Positions 17,177 to 26,297 are shown, counted from the first letter of the stretch. The stretch: DNA of 64,000 nt from Lentisphaeria bacterium (GCA_003526375.1 DPDG01000050.1:52283-116282), one strand, 5' to 3'. The notes: generated by a model from the sequence alone, not told the origin. Translations and numbers: made by a program.

Positions 17177-17475
17177 TTATGAAAATGTAATAGATCAGGC
17201 AACAGGCTTTCAGGACATGCGGTTTTTCCGTTCCGCTTCATGGCACGGTACAACCAGATGAAGCAGTTTTATTTTGAAACAGCCGGCAGAACGGCGGGGA
17301 GATTTTTTCTTTCAGGGAAATCTTCCGTATTTCCGTCTGCCCGGTTTCATGTCAATACTCCTCCTTCCGGCTTATGCCGAATCCATGTATCAACCCCAGG
17401 CGACACCTGCGGGGAACGTGTATTCTCACGCGCCCTGCCCCTGCTGCCGCTGCTCTCTCAGGGAACAGATTGAAA

Positions 17476-18060
17476 ATGACAGTGTCGAAACAGTCTGACA
17501 AGAAATCTTTGCGGAGGGAAAAGCTGCTCTTGAGGAAGAGTATGGCTCCCGATGCCAGATATGCTGCCGATGCCGCCATTCTGAAAAACCTGGAGTCTCT
17601 GCCGGAATTCGCGGAGGCTCCTGTGATCGCCGCTTATGCAAGCGACGGAACCGAGCCGGATCTGATGCCGCTGCTCAGACGTGCCGCAGGAACGGGCAAA
17701 ACCATCTGCCTGCCCCGGTGGCTCAACGATTCCAATTACGAAATGGCTGTGCTCGACGGAGATTTCAAAACGGTCAGCGGCAAATGGAACATGCCGGAAC
17801 CGCCTCCTGATGCACCGCCGGCTGAAACACAACTGCTGGAACGGGCGCTCTGGCTCGTGCCGGGGGTGGCGTTCGATGAAAACTGCGCCAGACTCGGACG
17901 CGGCAAGGGGATCTATGACAGGCTCCTCGCCGGAACAAAAGGAGTGTCCGCAGGGGTCTTTTACGACTGCCAGCAGACTGCCGGGCTGCCGACCGAACCG
18001 CATGACCGTCCGCTGGACATCGTCGTGACGGAATCACAGGTCCGCCGCCGGAAACAATGA
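17476..18060 (+). CDS. ygfA: 5-formyltetrahydrofolate cyclo-ligase
   Basis: Family pattern: KKSLRREKLLLRKSM...(A)AILKNL...VIAAYASDGTEPDLMPLL...ICLPRW...WLVPGVAFDENCARLGRGKGIYDR...DRPLDIVVTE. The start is trimmed to ATG 17476 (MTVSKQ). Confidence 0.85.
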   Translation: MTVSKQSDKKSLRREKLLLRKSMAPDARYAADAAILKNLESLPEFAEAPVIAAYASDGTEPDLMPLLRRAAGTGKTICLPRWLNDSNYEMAVLDGDFKTVSGKWNMPEPPPDAPPAETQLLERALWLVPGVAFDENCARLGRGKGIYDRLLAGTKGVSAGVFYDCQQTAGLPTEPHDRPLDIVVTESQVRRRKQ

Positions 18061-18091
18061 ACAATAAAAAGATTGAGGGAAAGGAATAACG

Positions 18092-19633
18092 ATGATCTAC
18101 GGAATTGCCGCTGTGGCGGGTCTGATTATCGGTTTCATCCTCCACGTTGTATTTGTCAAAGTGGCAGGGTCGAAATCCATGAATGCCGCCAATAAATTTA
18201 AAAACGATGCCGAGCGCGAAGCGGAAAGGCTCCTCCGGGAAGCCCGTGTGACAGCCAAGAGCGACGTGCTCAAGATCAAGGAAGAATTTGAAAATGAAAT
18301 GAAGGAGCGCAGACGCGAGATCCAGTCCTCCGAACGCAGGCTCGCGCAGAAAGAGGAAAATCTCGACAGAAAAGCCGATTCTTTTGAAGCCAAAGTCAAA
18401 AACGTCGAACGCAAGGAACGTGACATCGATGCATTGAAGGAACGCCTCTCCGCCCGCGAAGACGACATGAAAAAGGCGATTGCGCGCCAGATTGACGAAC
18501 TCGAACGCATTACCGAACTTGACCGCGAAAGCGCCAAGACGCTTCTGCTGGAAAAACTCAAAGGCGAAGTCGAAAACGAGTGCGGCATCCTCATCCGCAA
18601 CATCGTCGACGAAGCCAAACAGAAAGCGGAACGCGAGTCGCAGCGTCTGCTGGTTCATGCAATCCAGCGCTATGCCGGCGAATGCACCTATGAACGCACC
18701 ACCGCCACGATTCCGCTGCCCAGCGATGAAATGAAGGGACGCATCATCGGACGCGAGGGACGCAATATCCGCGCTCTGGAAGCCGCCACGGGCGTCAACA
18801 TCCTGATCGACGATACGCCGGAAGCGGTCGTCATTTCCTGCTTTGACCCGATCCGCAAGGAAATCGCGCGCCGTCTGCTGGAAAAACTCATTTCCGACGG
18901 GCGCATTCACCCGACCCGCATTGAGGAACTCATCAAAAAGATCCGCAAGGAGATTGATGAAGAGGTCTTCGACGCCGGAGAAAAAGCGGTTCTCGACTGC
19001 GGCGTTCAGGGGGTGCCGAAACAGATCATCACCCTGCTCGGCAGACTCCAGTTCCGTTTCAGCTTCTCGCAGAACGTGCTCAAACACTCCATCGAAACCG
19101 CCGCGTTCATGGGCACCATCGCCGCGGAACTCGGGCTTGACGAACAGAAAGCGCGCAGGATCGGTCTTTTCCACGATATCGGAAAAGCCGTCGACCATGA
19201 AATCGAAGGCACCCATGCCGCAATCGGCGCGGACATTCTCCGCAAGCACAATGAAGCCAAAGACGTCATCAATGCGGTTGCAGCGCACCATGAAGAAGTG
19301 GAAGGAACCTCGATTTATGCGGTCCTTGCCAATGCCTGCGATGCTCTCAGCGCCTCGCGCCCCGGCGCCAGAAGCGAAACGACAGAGTTGTATCTCAAAC
19401 GTCTTGAACAGCTTGAAAATATCGCCAATGAGTTCACCGGCGTGGAATCCTGCTTTGCACTTCAGGCAGGCAGAGAGATCCGCGTAGTGGTTCAGCCGGA
19501 GAAGATTTCCGAGGCGCAGGCGCAGGTGCTCAGCCGCGACATCTGCGGACGGATCGAAAAAGAGATGAACTATCCGGGACAGATCAAGGTCACGGTGATC
19601 CGCGAAACCCGTTCCGTGGATTACGCGAAATAA
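18092..19633 (+). CDS. rny: Ribonuclease Y
   Basis: N-terminal TM, a long charged coiled coil, a KH domain (GRIIGREGRNIRALEAATGV) and an HD domain (RRIGLFHDIGKAVDHE). RBS GAGGGAAAGGA. Confidence 0.95.
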   Translation: MIYGIAAVAGLIIGFILHVVFVKVAGSKSMNAANKFKNDAEREAERLLREARVTAKSDVLKIKEEFENEMKERRREIQSSERRLAQKEENLDRKADSFEAKVKNVERKERDIDALKERLSAREDDMKKAIARQIDELERITELDRESAKTLLLEKLKGEVENECGILIRNIVDEAKQKAERESQRLLVHAIQRYAGECTYERTTATIPLPSDEMKGRIIGREGRNIRALEAATGVNILIDDTPEAVVISCFDPIRKEIARRLLEKLISDGRIHPTRIEELIKKIRKEIDEEVFDAGEKAVLDCGVQGVPKQIITLLGRLQFRFSFSQNVLKHSIETAAFMGTIAAELGLDEQKARRIGLFHDIGKAVDHEIEGTHAAIGADILRKHNEAKDVINAVAAHHEEVEGTSIYAVLANACDALSASRPGARSETTELYLKRLEQLENIANEFTGVESCFALQAGREIRVVVQPEKISEAQAQVLSRDICGRIEKEMNYPGQIKVTVIRETRSVDYAK

Positions 19634-19652
19634 CAATGCCGGAGACAGTCGG

Positions 19653-20450
19653 ATGAGCAATGCGGATTTCGATGCCCTGAAAAACCGGTTCCGGGAGTAT
19701 GCGGTCTCGTTCGCAGACTCTCCGGGCAAGGTTCCGCAGGCGATGCAGCTCAAGATCGGGCATACGTTCGATGTGTGTTCGATCACCGACTATATCACGG
19801 AAAAGGAACGCTCCGTGTTCGATGCGCGCGGCAGGTATCTTGCCCGTCTCGCGGCGCTGTTTCACGACGTATCCCGCTTCAAACAATACAGAGAGTTCCA
19901 GACGTTCCGCGACGCCGATTCATTCGACCACGGAGAAATGAGCGCGGAAATTTTTCTGCACGACTTTCCAATGGAAAATCTTGCGCAGGAGGAGACACGC
20001 CTGATTGCGGCGGCGGTCCGCTTCCATAACAAAAGAGTGCTGCCGCCGGACCTCCCGCCGGAGATTCTGCCGTTCGCGGAACTGGTGCGGGATGCGGACA
20101 AGCTTTCCATCATCAAGATCATCAACAACTTCCTCGCGACTCCTGCGGAGTATCAGGAGGCGGCTGTCAAGATCGGCATGGAGGAAACTCCCGGTTTTAC
20201 GGAGGAGCTTGCACGTGAGGCAATCGCGGGAAGACAGATTGCGCACTCCGACATGCGGAACCTGAACGATTTCAAACTGTCTATCTTCGCGTGGGCGCAG
20301 GACATCAATTTTTCCGCCGCGGCGGAATATATTCTGGAGAAACGTCTTTATGAAACGCTCCGGACTTTTCTGCCGGACGACCGCCTGATGGATGAACTGC
20401 TGGCAGTCAGCCTTGCACGCCTGAATCAGAAAGCGCAAAAGAAGGATTGA
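19653..20450 (+). CDS. HD-domain phosphohydrolase-like protein
   Basis: AALFHDVSRF ... FDHGEMSAEIF ... VRDADKLSI (H...HD...D pattern). Confidence 0.8.
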   Translation: MSNADFDALKNRFREYAVSFADSPGKVPQAMQLKIGHTFDVCSITDYITEKERSVFDARGRYLARLAALFHDVSRFKQYREFQTFRDADSFDHGEMSAEIFLHDFPMENLAQEETRLIAAAVRFHNKRVLPPDLPPEILPFAELVRDADKLSIIKIINNFLATPAEYQEAAVKIGMEETPGFTEELAREAIAGRQIAHSDMRNLNDFKLSIFAWAQDINFSAAAEYILEKRLYETLRTFLPDDRLMDELLAVSLARLNQKAQKKD

Positions 20451-20453
20451 CAT

Positions 20454-21437
20454 ATGTCCCTGCTTCATGTGGAACATCTGAAAAAATACTATCCGGTTCC
20501 CTCGCCGCTGTTCGCCCCCAGACGTTGCGTCAAGGCGGTTGACGATGTTTCATTCGAGTTGAATGTCGGGGAAACGCTCGGACTGGTCGGAGAAAGCGGA
20601 TGCGGCAAAAGCACGATGGCGCGTCTGCTGATGCGCCTCGAACCCCCGACGGATGGTTCCATTCTGCTGAACGGGATGGATCTCTGCGCGGTCAAAGGCG
20701 AGAAGCTGCGCCGGATGCGGGGGAATTTCCAGATGATCTTTCAGGACCCCTACGGTTCGCTGAACCCGCGCATGAGCGTCTATTCCACGATTGAGGAGGC
20801 GTTGAAGCTCCATACGAAGCTGAATCCGAAAGAACGCGCGGAACGCATTTCCGAACTGCTTTCGCTGGTCGGCTTGAAACCGGAATATGCAAGAAGATAT
20901 CCGCATCAGTTCAGCGGCGGGCAGCGCCAGAGAATCGGGATTGCGCGCGCGCTGGCGGTTGATCCGCAGTTTATTGTGGCGGACGAACCGGTTTCCGCAC
21001 TGGATGTCAGTGTCCAGTCCCAGATCGTGAATCTGCTCCAGGACATTCAGAAACAGACGCAGGTCGCGTTTCTGTTCATCGCCCATGACCTTGCGGTCGT
21101 GGAACATATCAGCCACAGGATCATGGTGATGTATCTGGGCAAGCTGGCGGAAACGGGACCGGCGCGGGAATTGTGCTCGAAACCGGCGCATCCTTATACA
21201 AAAGCACTGCTCTCCTCGGTGCCGTCGCTTGACCCGAAACACAAAATCGGCAGAATCGTATTGAAAGGGGATGTCCCCTCCCCGCTCGACCCGCCGAAAG
21301 GGTGCCGTTTTCATCCCCGCTGCCCCATGAAGCAGCCGATCTGCGAGGCGGAGGCGCCGATTCTGCGGCAGGTTCCCGGCGCATCCTGCGGACACTGCAG
21401 CGCCTGTCATTTCGCGGAAAAAGTCGCCTCGCTTTGA
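20454..21437 (+). CDS. ABC transporter ATP-binding protein, oligopeptide/dipeptide (OppF/DppF-like)
   Basis: Walker A GESGCGKST, signature FSGGQRQRIGIARAL, Walker B FIVADEPVSALD, and the Opp-type C-terminal KGCRFHPRCP. Confidence 0.9.
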   Translation: MSLLHVEHLKKYYPVPSPLFAPRRCVKAVDDVSFELNVGETLGLVGESGCGKSTMARLLMRLEPPTDGSILLNGMDLCAVKGEKLRRMRGNFQMIFQDPYGSLNPRMSVYSTIEEALKLHTKLNPKERAERISELLSLVGLKPEYARRYPHQFSGGQRQRIGIARALAVDPQFIVADEPVSALDVSVQSQIVNLLQDIQKQTQVAFLFIAHDLAVVEHISHRIMVMYLGKLAETGPARELCSKPAHPYTKALLSSVPSLDPKHKIGRIVLKGDVPSPLDPPKGCRFHPRCPMKQPICEAEAPILRQVPGASCGHCSACHFAEKVASL

Positions 21438-21746
21438 TCTGCCCGGGTTGTCCAGGCATAAGAAGGAAACGAAAAAGCCCGGTCACACTGAAATCAGGAA
21501 CGGAGATCGTTTTCCCCTGCAATGGCAGGCATACGAAAAAAATGGATTTTTTTCCGAGCTCGCATTTAACTCCATGTCAAATAAAAACTTAGGCCTTCGC
21601 ATTTTTTCTGCTAAACACTTTTACTAAACAGGTTGCAGAAAAAAGTCCGCTTTCTTTTTCATGAAAAAAGAGGTAAATTACCGCTTCTGATCCGCTTTCC
21701 GAAACAGGGATCATGTTCTGCAACAGAAGAACGGAGGTTGAACCAT

Positions 21747-23585
21747 ATGTGTGGAATCGTTGCTTATACCGGTATGCGGCCCGCCGCAAGAGTCCTGATC
21801 GACGGCTTGAAACGACTTGAATACAGGGGATACGATTCCTCCGGCATTGCCGTATGCTCCGGCAGTGATGTGCAGTGCGTGAAAAGCATCGGCAAGGTGA
21901 AAACGCTGGAGGATACCGTCCGCAATTCCGTTCCGGAGCTCCTCGACGCGACAGGATGCGGCATTGCGCACACCCGCTGGGCGACTCACGGAGAGCCCTC
22001 GGACATCAATGCACATCCGCATTGTGATTCCAAAGGAGAGTTTTATATCGTCCATAACGGCATCATTGACAATTACCAGGCACTGCGGAAACGTCTTGAA
22101 GAACAGGGATGCGTCTTCCGTTCCTCCACGGACAGCGAGGTCATCGCACACCTGATCGCAAAACTCTATCAGGGGGATCTGGTGCAGGCGGTCGCGGCGG
22201 CAGTCCGCAAACTCTCCGGGACTTACGGAATTGCGGTCGTCAGCTCCCGTCATCCGGGAATGATTGCAGCGGCGCGCAAAGGCAGCCCGCTGGTGATCGG
22301 ACTCGGGACAAACGAAAACATCGCGGCAAGCGACCTTGCCGCAATCCTGCCATACACACGGCAGGTCATGTATCTGAATGACGGAGACATCGCCGCAATC
22401 ACTGCGGACACGGTGGAAGTCCGCAATATCGAAAACGTGCCTCTGGAGCGTGAAGTCACACGAATTGAATGGGATGCGGACGCCGTGGAAAAAGGCAGTT
22501 ATCCGCACTTCATGCTCAAGGAGATTTTTGAACAGCCGGAGACGATCGAAAATGCAATCCGGGGACGGCTGGACCATGAAATGAAAAGCGCCATTCTCTC
22601 CGGTTTGAACCTGACACCCCGTGAATCAGCGCAGATCAGCCGGATCGTAATCGCCGGATGCGGCAGCAGTATGCACGCGGGGCTTGTGGGGGAATATTTC
22701 TTCGAAGACATCGCAGGGATTCCCGCGGAAGTCGAACAGGCGGCGGAATTCCGTTACCGCAACCCGATCATCGAACCTCATACCCTGGTGCTTCCGATCA
22801 GCCAGTCCGGGGAAACCGCCGATACGATTGCCGCTGTACGCGAAGCAACCGCCAAAGGGGCAATCGTGGCGGCGCTCTGCAATGTCGTCGGTTCAACCGT
22901 TGCACGCGAGGCGGGGCGCGGCGTTTATCTTCACGCAGGTCCGGAAATCAGTGTCGCTTCGACCAAGGCTTTCACCAGCCAGGTGACAGTCCTTCTTCTG
23001 CTCGCCCTGATGCTCGGACGGAACCGGCGCATGGATCGAACCGACGGGGCGCGCCTGATCTCCGAGATCGAAGCGCTGCCCGACATGATCCGCAAGGTTC
23101 TGGAACAGGCGCCCCGGATCAGGGAAATCGCCGGGCGTTATGCAAAATACAATGATTTCTTCTTCATCGGCAGGGGCTGTCTGTATCCGGCGGCTTTGGA
23201 AGGTGCGCTCAAACTCAAGGAAATCTCCTATGTCCATGCGGAAGGCTACCACGCCGCCGAACTCAAACACGGACCCATCGCGCTTCTTGATGAGAACCAT
23301 CCGGTCATTGCACTGGCAAACGATATTCCGGGAAAGGACAAAATGCTTGGAAATATACAGGAATGCAGGGCGCGCAAAGCTCCGGTAATTGCGGTCGTCA
23401 CCGAAGGCGATGGAGAAGCGGACGCGATTGCCGGAGACGTCATCAGGGTGCCGGGGTGCTCACGCTTCGCGGCGGCTCTGCCGACAGTCGTCGCTCTGCA
23501 GCTCCTGGCTTATTATATTGCCGTTGCACGCGGCTGCGAAATCGACCAGCCGCGCAATCTGGCAAAAAGCGTAACGGTGGAATGA
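21747..23585 (+). CDS. glmS: Glutamine--fructose-6-phosphate aminotransferase
   Basis: MCGIVAYTG with the N-terminal nucleophile Cys, tandem SIS domains and a C-terminal NLAKSVTVE. The start is trimmed to ATG 21747, preceded by ACGGAGG. Confidence 0.95.
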   Translation: MCGIVAYTGMRPAARVLIDGLKRLEYRGYDSSGIAVCSGSDVQCVKSIGKVKTLEDTVRNSVPELLDATGCGIAHTRWATHGEPSDINAHPHCDSKGEFYIVHNGIIDNYQALRKRLEEQGCVFRSSTDSEVIAHLIAKLYQGDLVQAVAAAVRKLSGTYGIAVVSSRHPGMIAAARKGSPLVIGLGTNENIAASDLAAILPYTRQVMYLNDGDIAAITADTVEVRNIENVPLEREVTRIEWDADAVEKGSYPHFMLKEIFEQPETIENAIRGRLDHEMKSAILSGLNLTPRESAQISRIVIAGCGSSMHAGLVGEYFFEDIAGIPAEVEQAAEFRYRNPIIEPHTLVLPISQSGETADTIAAVREATAKGAIVAALCNVVGSTVAREAGRGVYLHAGPEISVASTKAFTSQVTVLLLLALMLGRNRRMDRTDGARLISEIEALPDMIRKVLEQAPRIREIAGRYAKYNDFFFIGRGCLYPAALEGALKLKEISYVHAEGYHAAELKHGPIALLDENHPVIALANDIPGKDKMLGNIQECRARKAPVIAVVTEGDGEADAIAGDVIRVPGCSRFAAALPTVVALQLLAYYIAVARGCEIDQPRNLAKSVTVE

Positions 23586-23617
23586 GCGGCAGTTTTGCGG
23601 GGAAATCCGCGCACGGT

Positions 23618-24070
23618 TCACATTCCGAGTTTCATGTGAAGCACAGGAAACGGATTCCCCTGTCCGTCCAGTTCCGAGCGGGCATAGACCGAAAAACCGG
23701 AACGCTCATAAAATCTCCGCGCATGAGGGTTCTGTTCATTCACGTCAACACGGGAAATCTTCAACTCGTCAATCGCATAACAGATCATCCTTTTCCCGTA
23801 TCCCTGTCCCCGCCACGCGGAAGCAAGAAACAGCATTTCAAGCATCCCGCCGTCCACTCCCATGAAGCCGATGACTCCGCATTCTTTTTCATGAAAAAGA
23901 CAGAACAGTTTCGGAACAGCCTGCAAAGCCGATAAAACCATCGGTTTCAGATTCTCAATATCCTGTTCGGACAGAAATTCATGAGAAGACCTTACCGAAT
24001 CTTCCCAGACCGTCAGCAGTTCGGGAAGGAAGTTGTCCCTCGACCGTGAAATATCAGTGATCTGACTCAT
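23618..24070 (-). CDS. GNAT-family N-acetyltransferase
   Basis: Acetyl-CoA pocket WRGQGYGKRMICYAIDEL and ...ARRFYERSGF. The start overlaps the upstream tri-domain gene by 17 nt. Confidence 0.85.
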   Translation of the reverse strand: MSQITDISRSRDNFLPELLTVWEDSVRSSHEFLSEQDIENLKPMVLSALQAVPKLFCLFHEKECGVIGFMGVDGGMLEMLFLASAWRGQGYGKRMICYAIDELKISRVDVNEQNPHARRFYERSGFSVYARSELDGQGNPFPVLHMKLGM

Positions 24071-25652
24071 GCAAGCGCTCCTTTCCCCACCATTGGGGCA
24101 TTAATTCATTCAACATTACAGTATGGATATCCGGATAGGAAACAAGGATCTCGATATCACCGCTCCGTGCATCCAGTTGCATCAGCAATTCACGGCAGGC
24201 GCCGCAGGGCATTCCGGGAGAACCGTCCCCCATAAGACAGACCAGTTTCACAATCCGTCGCTCCCCGCCGGTGATCATGGATGCCACAGCATTGCGTTCC
24301 GCGCACATTCCGAGAGAACACGCCGTATCAATGCAGACTCCGGTATAGACGTTTCCGGCTTCCGTCAAAAGCGACGCCGCGACACCGCCTGCATCAATGA
24401 AAGGGGAAAGGGTCCGGGGATGAAGTTTCGCCTTCGCCGCCGTCACAAGAAAATCCCAGTCATCCTGCGTCTCCGCACAATAAATGCGCGAGGAACTTCC
24501 GAAGGGGTCCGAAGCGACGCCGAGATACCCGAACCCGTATTTTTCATAATAGCCGGTATGATCGGTGCAGAGATAAAGTTTCCGGTAGCCGAGACGCGCC
24601 GCTTCCGTTTTCACATGAGCAATCAGACGCGCACCGTAAGCATGTCCGCGGTATGCCTCCTCGATATAGAGAGCGCAGAACCACGGCCAGAGATCGCCGC
24701 GCGCAGAAAAATCGCTGATGATCAATCCCGCGCCGCCGATGATCTCCTCTTTTTCATTCAGGAGCAGATACCATTGCGGCAGTGGGGAATCCGAGTTCAG
24801 GCACGCGGTCATGCAATCCCGGTAGACCGCCTCATTGTGCCAGCGGCCGGAAAAATACCGGATAAAACGCTCCAGTTCCTGCGGCGCATCCCGCAAAGAC
24901 AAAATTCTCAAAACACATTCCTTCATGATACACTCCCTGAAAGTTTCCCAGCCGTTAAAATTCAAGGCAATATTGTCCATGCCGGACTCAAGGTCAAGCG
25001 CACACCGGATCAAACCGCGCCATCTTTCCGGCAGGTGCTTCAGTCCCCAGAATCCACCATCCCGCTTGGACAGGACTCTTCCCTCCCCCGCAAATGCTGC
25101 ATAACGGCAGAGATTCAATATTCCCGAAGCATCCCCGCCTCCCTCCGCGGCATTCCGGCGGATGCTGTCAAAAAAAGCCTCATACGGCACCTCTCCGAAT
25201 ATCCGGTCCACCGGTGCGCCGCACAATACAATACCCGTTCTCCGTACCACTTCGAAATACGCGGCAAGATCGGGATCAACGCCGTTCATCTCCGCAAGGT
25301 ATTCCTCCGGATTCTCTCTGTAACGTTCCCGGTGCATATTGGAATAATGAAGCAGAAAAGGAACCGGATGCCGGACATGGCGGCATTCCGCTTCCAGCAC
25401 GACGCTCATCTCCAGTCCTTTGGGCGGAGCGGATTCGCTGAGCCGGAGAATCAAATCCATCAGCCGCCGTTTGATCCCGTGCGGCAACTCCTCTTTCACG
25501 ACAACCAGAAAGTCGATATCGCTCTTTTCCCACCGGAAACAGCCGAATGCGACAGACCCGTGCAGATAGATTCCCGTCAGATTCTCTCCCAGCAGATGCC
25601 GGCACCCGGTTTTGATTTCCGACAGCAGGCGCGAGAGCGGACCGGCATCCAT
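24054..25652 (-). CDS. Tri-domain fusion: aminoglycoside-type nucleotidyltransferase (ANT/AadA-like + DUF4111-like) - GNAT acetyltransferase - cytidine/blasticidin-S-type deaminase
   Basis: N-terminal domain: LTGIYLHGSVAFGCFRWEKSDIDFLVVV (the GS...D.D NTase motif) plus ...NLCRYAAF...SKRDGGFWGL. Middle domain: LYIEEAYRGHAYGARLIAHV...KLYLCTDHTGYYEKYGF (GNAT). C-terminal domain: CAERNAV...PCGACRELL (CAE / PCxxC zinc-deaminase motifs). Confidence 0.8.
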   Translation of the reverse strand: MDAGPLSRLLSEIKTGCRHLLGENLTGIYLHGSVAFGCFRWEKSDIDFLVVVKEELPHGIKRRLMDLILRLSESAPPKGLEMSVVLEAECRHVRHPVPFLLHYSNMHRERYRENPEEYLAEMNGVDPDLAAYFEVVRRTGIVLCGAPVDRIFGEVPYEAFFDSIRRNAAEGGGDASGILNLCRYAAFAGEGRVLSKRDGGFWGLKHLPERWRGLIRCALDLESGMDNIALNFNGWETFRECIMKECVLRILSLRDAPQELERFIRYFSGRWHNEAVYRDCMTACLNSDSPLPQWYLLLNEKEEIIGGAGLIISDFSARGDLWPWFCALYIEEAYRGHAYGARLIAHVKTEAARLGYRKLYLCTDHTGYYEKYGFGYLGVASDPFGSSSRIYCAETQDDWDFLVTAAKAKLHPRTLSPFIDAGGVAASLLTEAGNVYTGVCIDTACSLGMCAERNAVASMITGGERRIVKLVCLMGDGSPGMPCGACRELLMQLDARSGDIEILVSYPDIHTVMLNELMPQWWGKERLHESDH

Positions 25653-25676
25653 AATAAAGAAGCCCGGCTCAGCAGG

Positions 25677-26297
25677 TCAACGCAGAGAGTTGACGAGATC
25701 CACGATCTCCTGCGGTCCGGCAACACCGATCATCATGATTTCGGTTCCGCCCGTCGCCGCCGTGCCGATCGCCACATTGCCGAGCCCGAACAGGCGCTGA
25801 AGCATTCCCTGCGACATGGAGGCGCCCCGCATGTCCTTGATCCAGATTTCATGCTGCTCCTTGGACAACCAGCCGCTCGTAATGATGATACGCCTGTTCG
25901 TTATCGTATATGAGGTTCGGCAGATCTTGATCCATACACTGACAAGAATGAAGACGCCGATCAGAAACACAGGGATCAGAATAATCCCGACAATGATGTC
26001 AGCCAGATAATTCAACGCCGCCGGATGGCATGTCTGCAAGGTCTCCTCCGGTTCATTGCTTTCAACGGCAGGAACAGCGGACGGAGCAGATGCAAATGAA
26101 GACATCTTCAGCCCTGCGCCGCAGTGCGGGCAGAACAGCGCCCGTCTGGAGATACTCGCAAAACAGTCCGGACACTCTGTCAGGTTCGGATTTTTAATTT
26201 CAAAATCATTTCCGCAGGCGGAACACGTCGTATGCCCGCCGACATACTTTGCTTCGACTTCAAAAGCCGCATTGCAGTTCGGACACTCAATTTTCAT
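25677..26297 (-). CDS. Double zinc-ribbon plus bacterial PH (bPH_2/YdbT-like) membrane protein
   Basis: MKIECPNCNAAFEV...CSACGNDFEI and CPDC...CPHCG ribbons. Two TM helices (IIVGIILIPVFLIGVFILVSVWI). A bPH-like C-terminus (SYTITNRRIIITSGWLSKEQHEIWIKDMRGASMSQGMLQRLFGLGNV). The start is trimmed to ATG 26297 with RBS AAAGGAGAGAG. Confidence 0.75.
   Translation of the reverse strand: MKIECPNCNAAFEVEAKYVGGHTTCSACGNDFEIKNPNLTECPDCFASISRRALFCPHCGAGLKMSSFASAPSAVPAVESNEPEETLQTCHPAALNYLADIIVGIILIPVFLIGVFILVSVWIKICRTSYTITNRRIIITSGWLSKEQHEIWIKDMRGASMSQGMLQRLFGLGNVAIGTAATGGTEIMMIGVAGPQEIVDLVNSLR

Noticed and set aside
21438-21746. Possible glmS ribozyme or other leader element in the 300-nt region upstream of glmS.
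   Set aside because: I could not find the conserved glmS ribozyme core as I remember it (the AGCGCC...GGCG...ACGAGG type elements). I saw only a weak GTTCT/AGAAC hairpin near the RBS. The ribozyme is also mainly a Firmicutes feature. A covariance-model scan (Rfam RF00234) would settle it.
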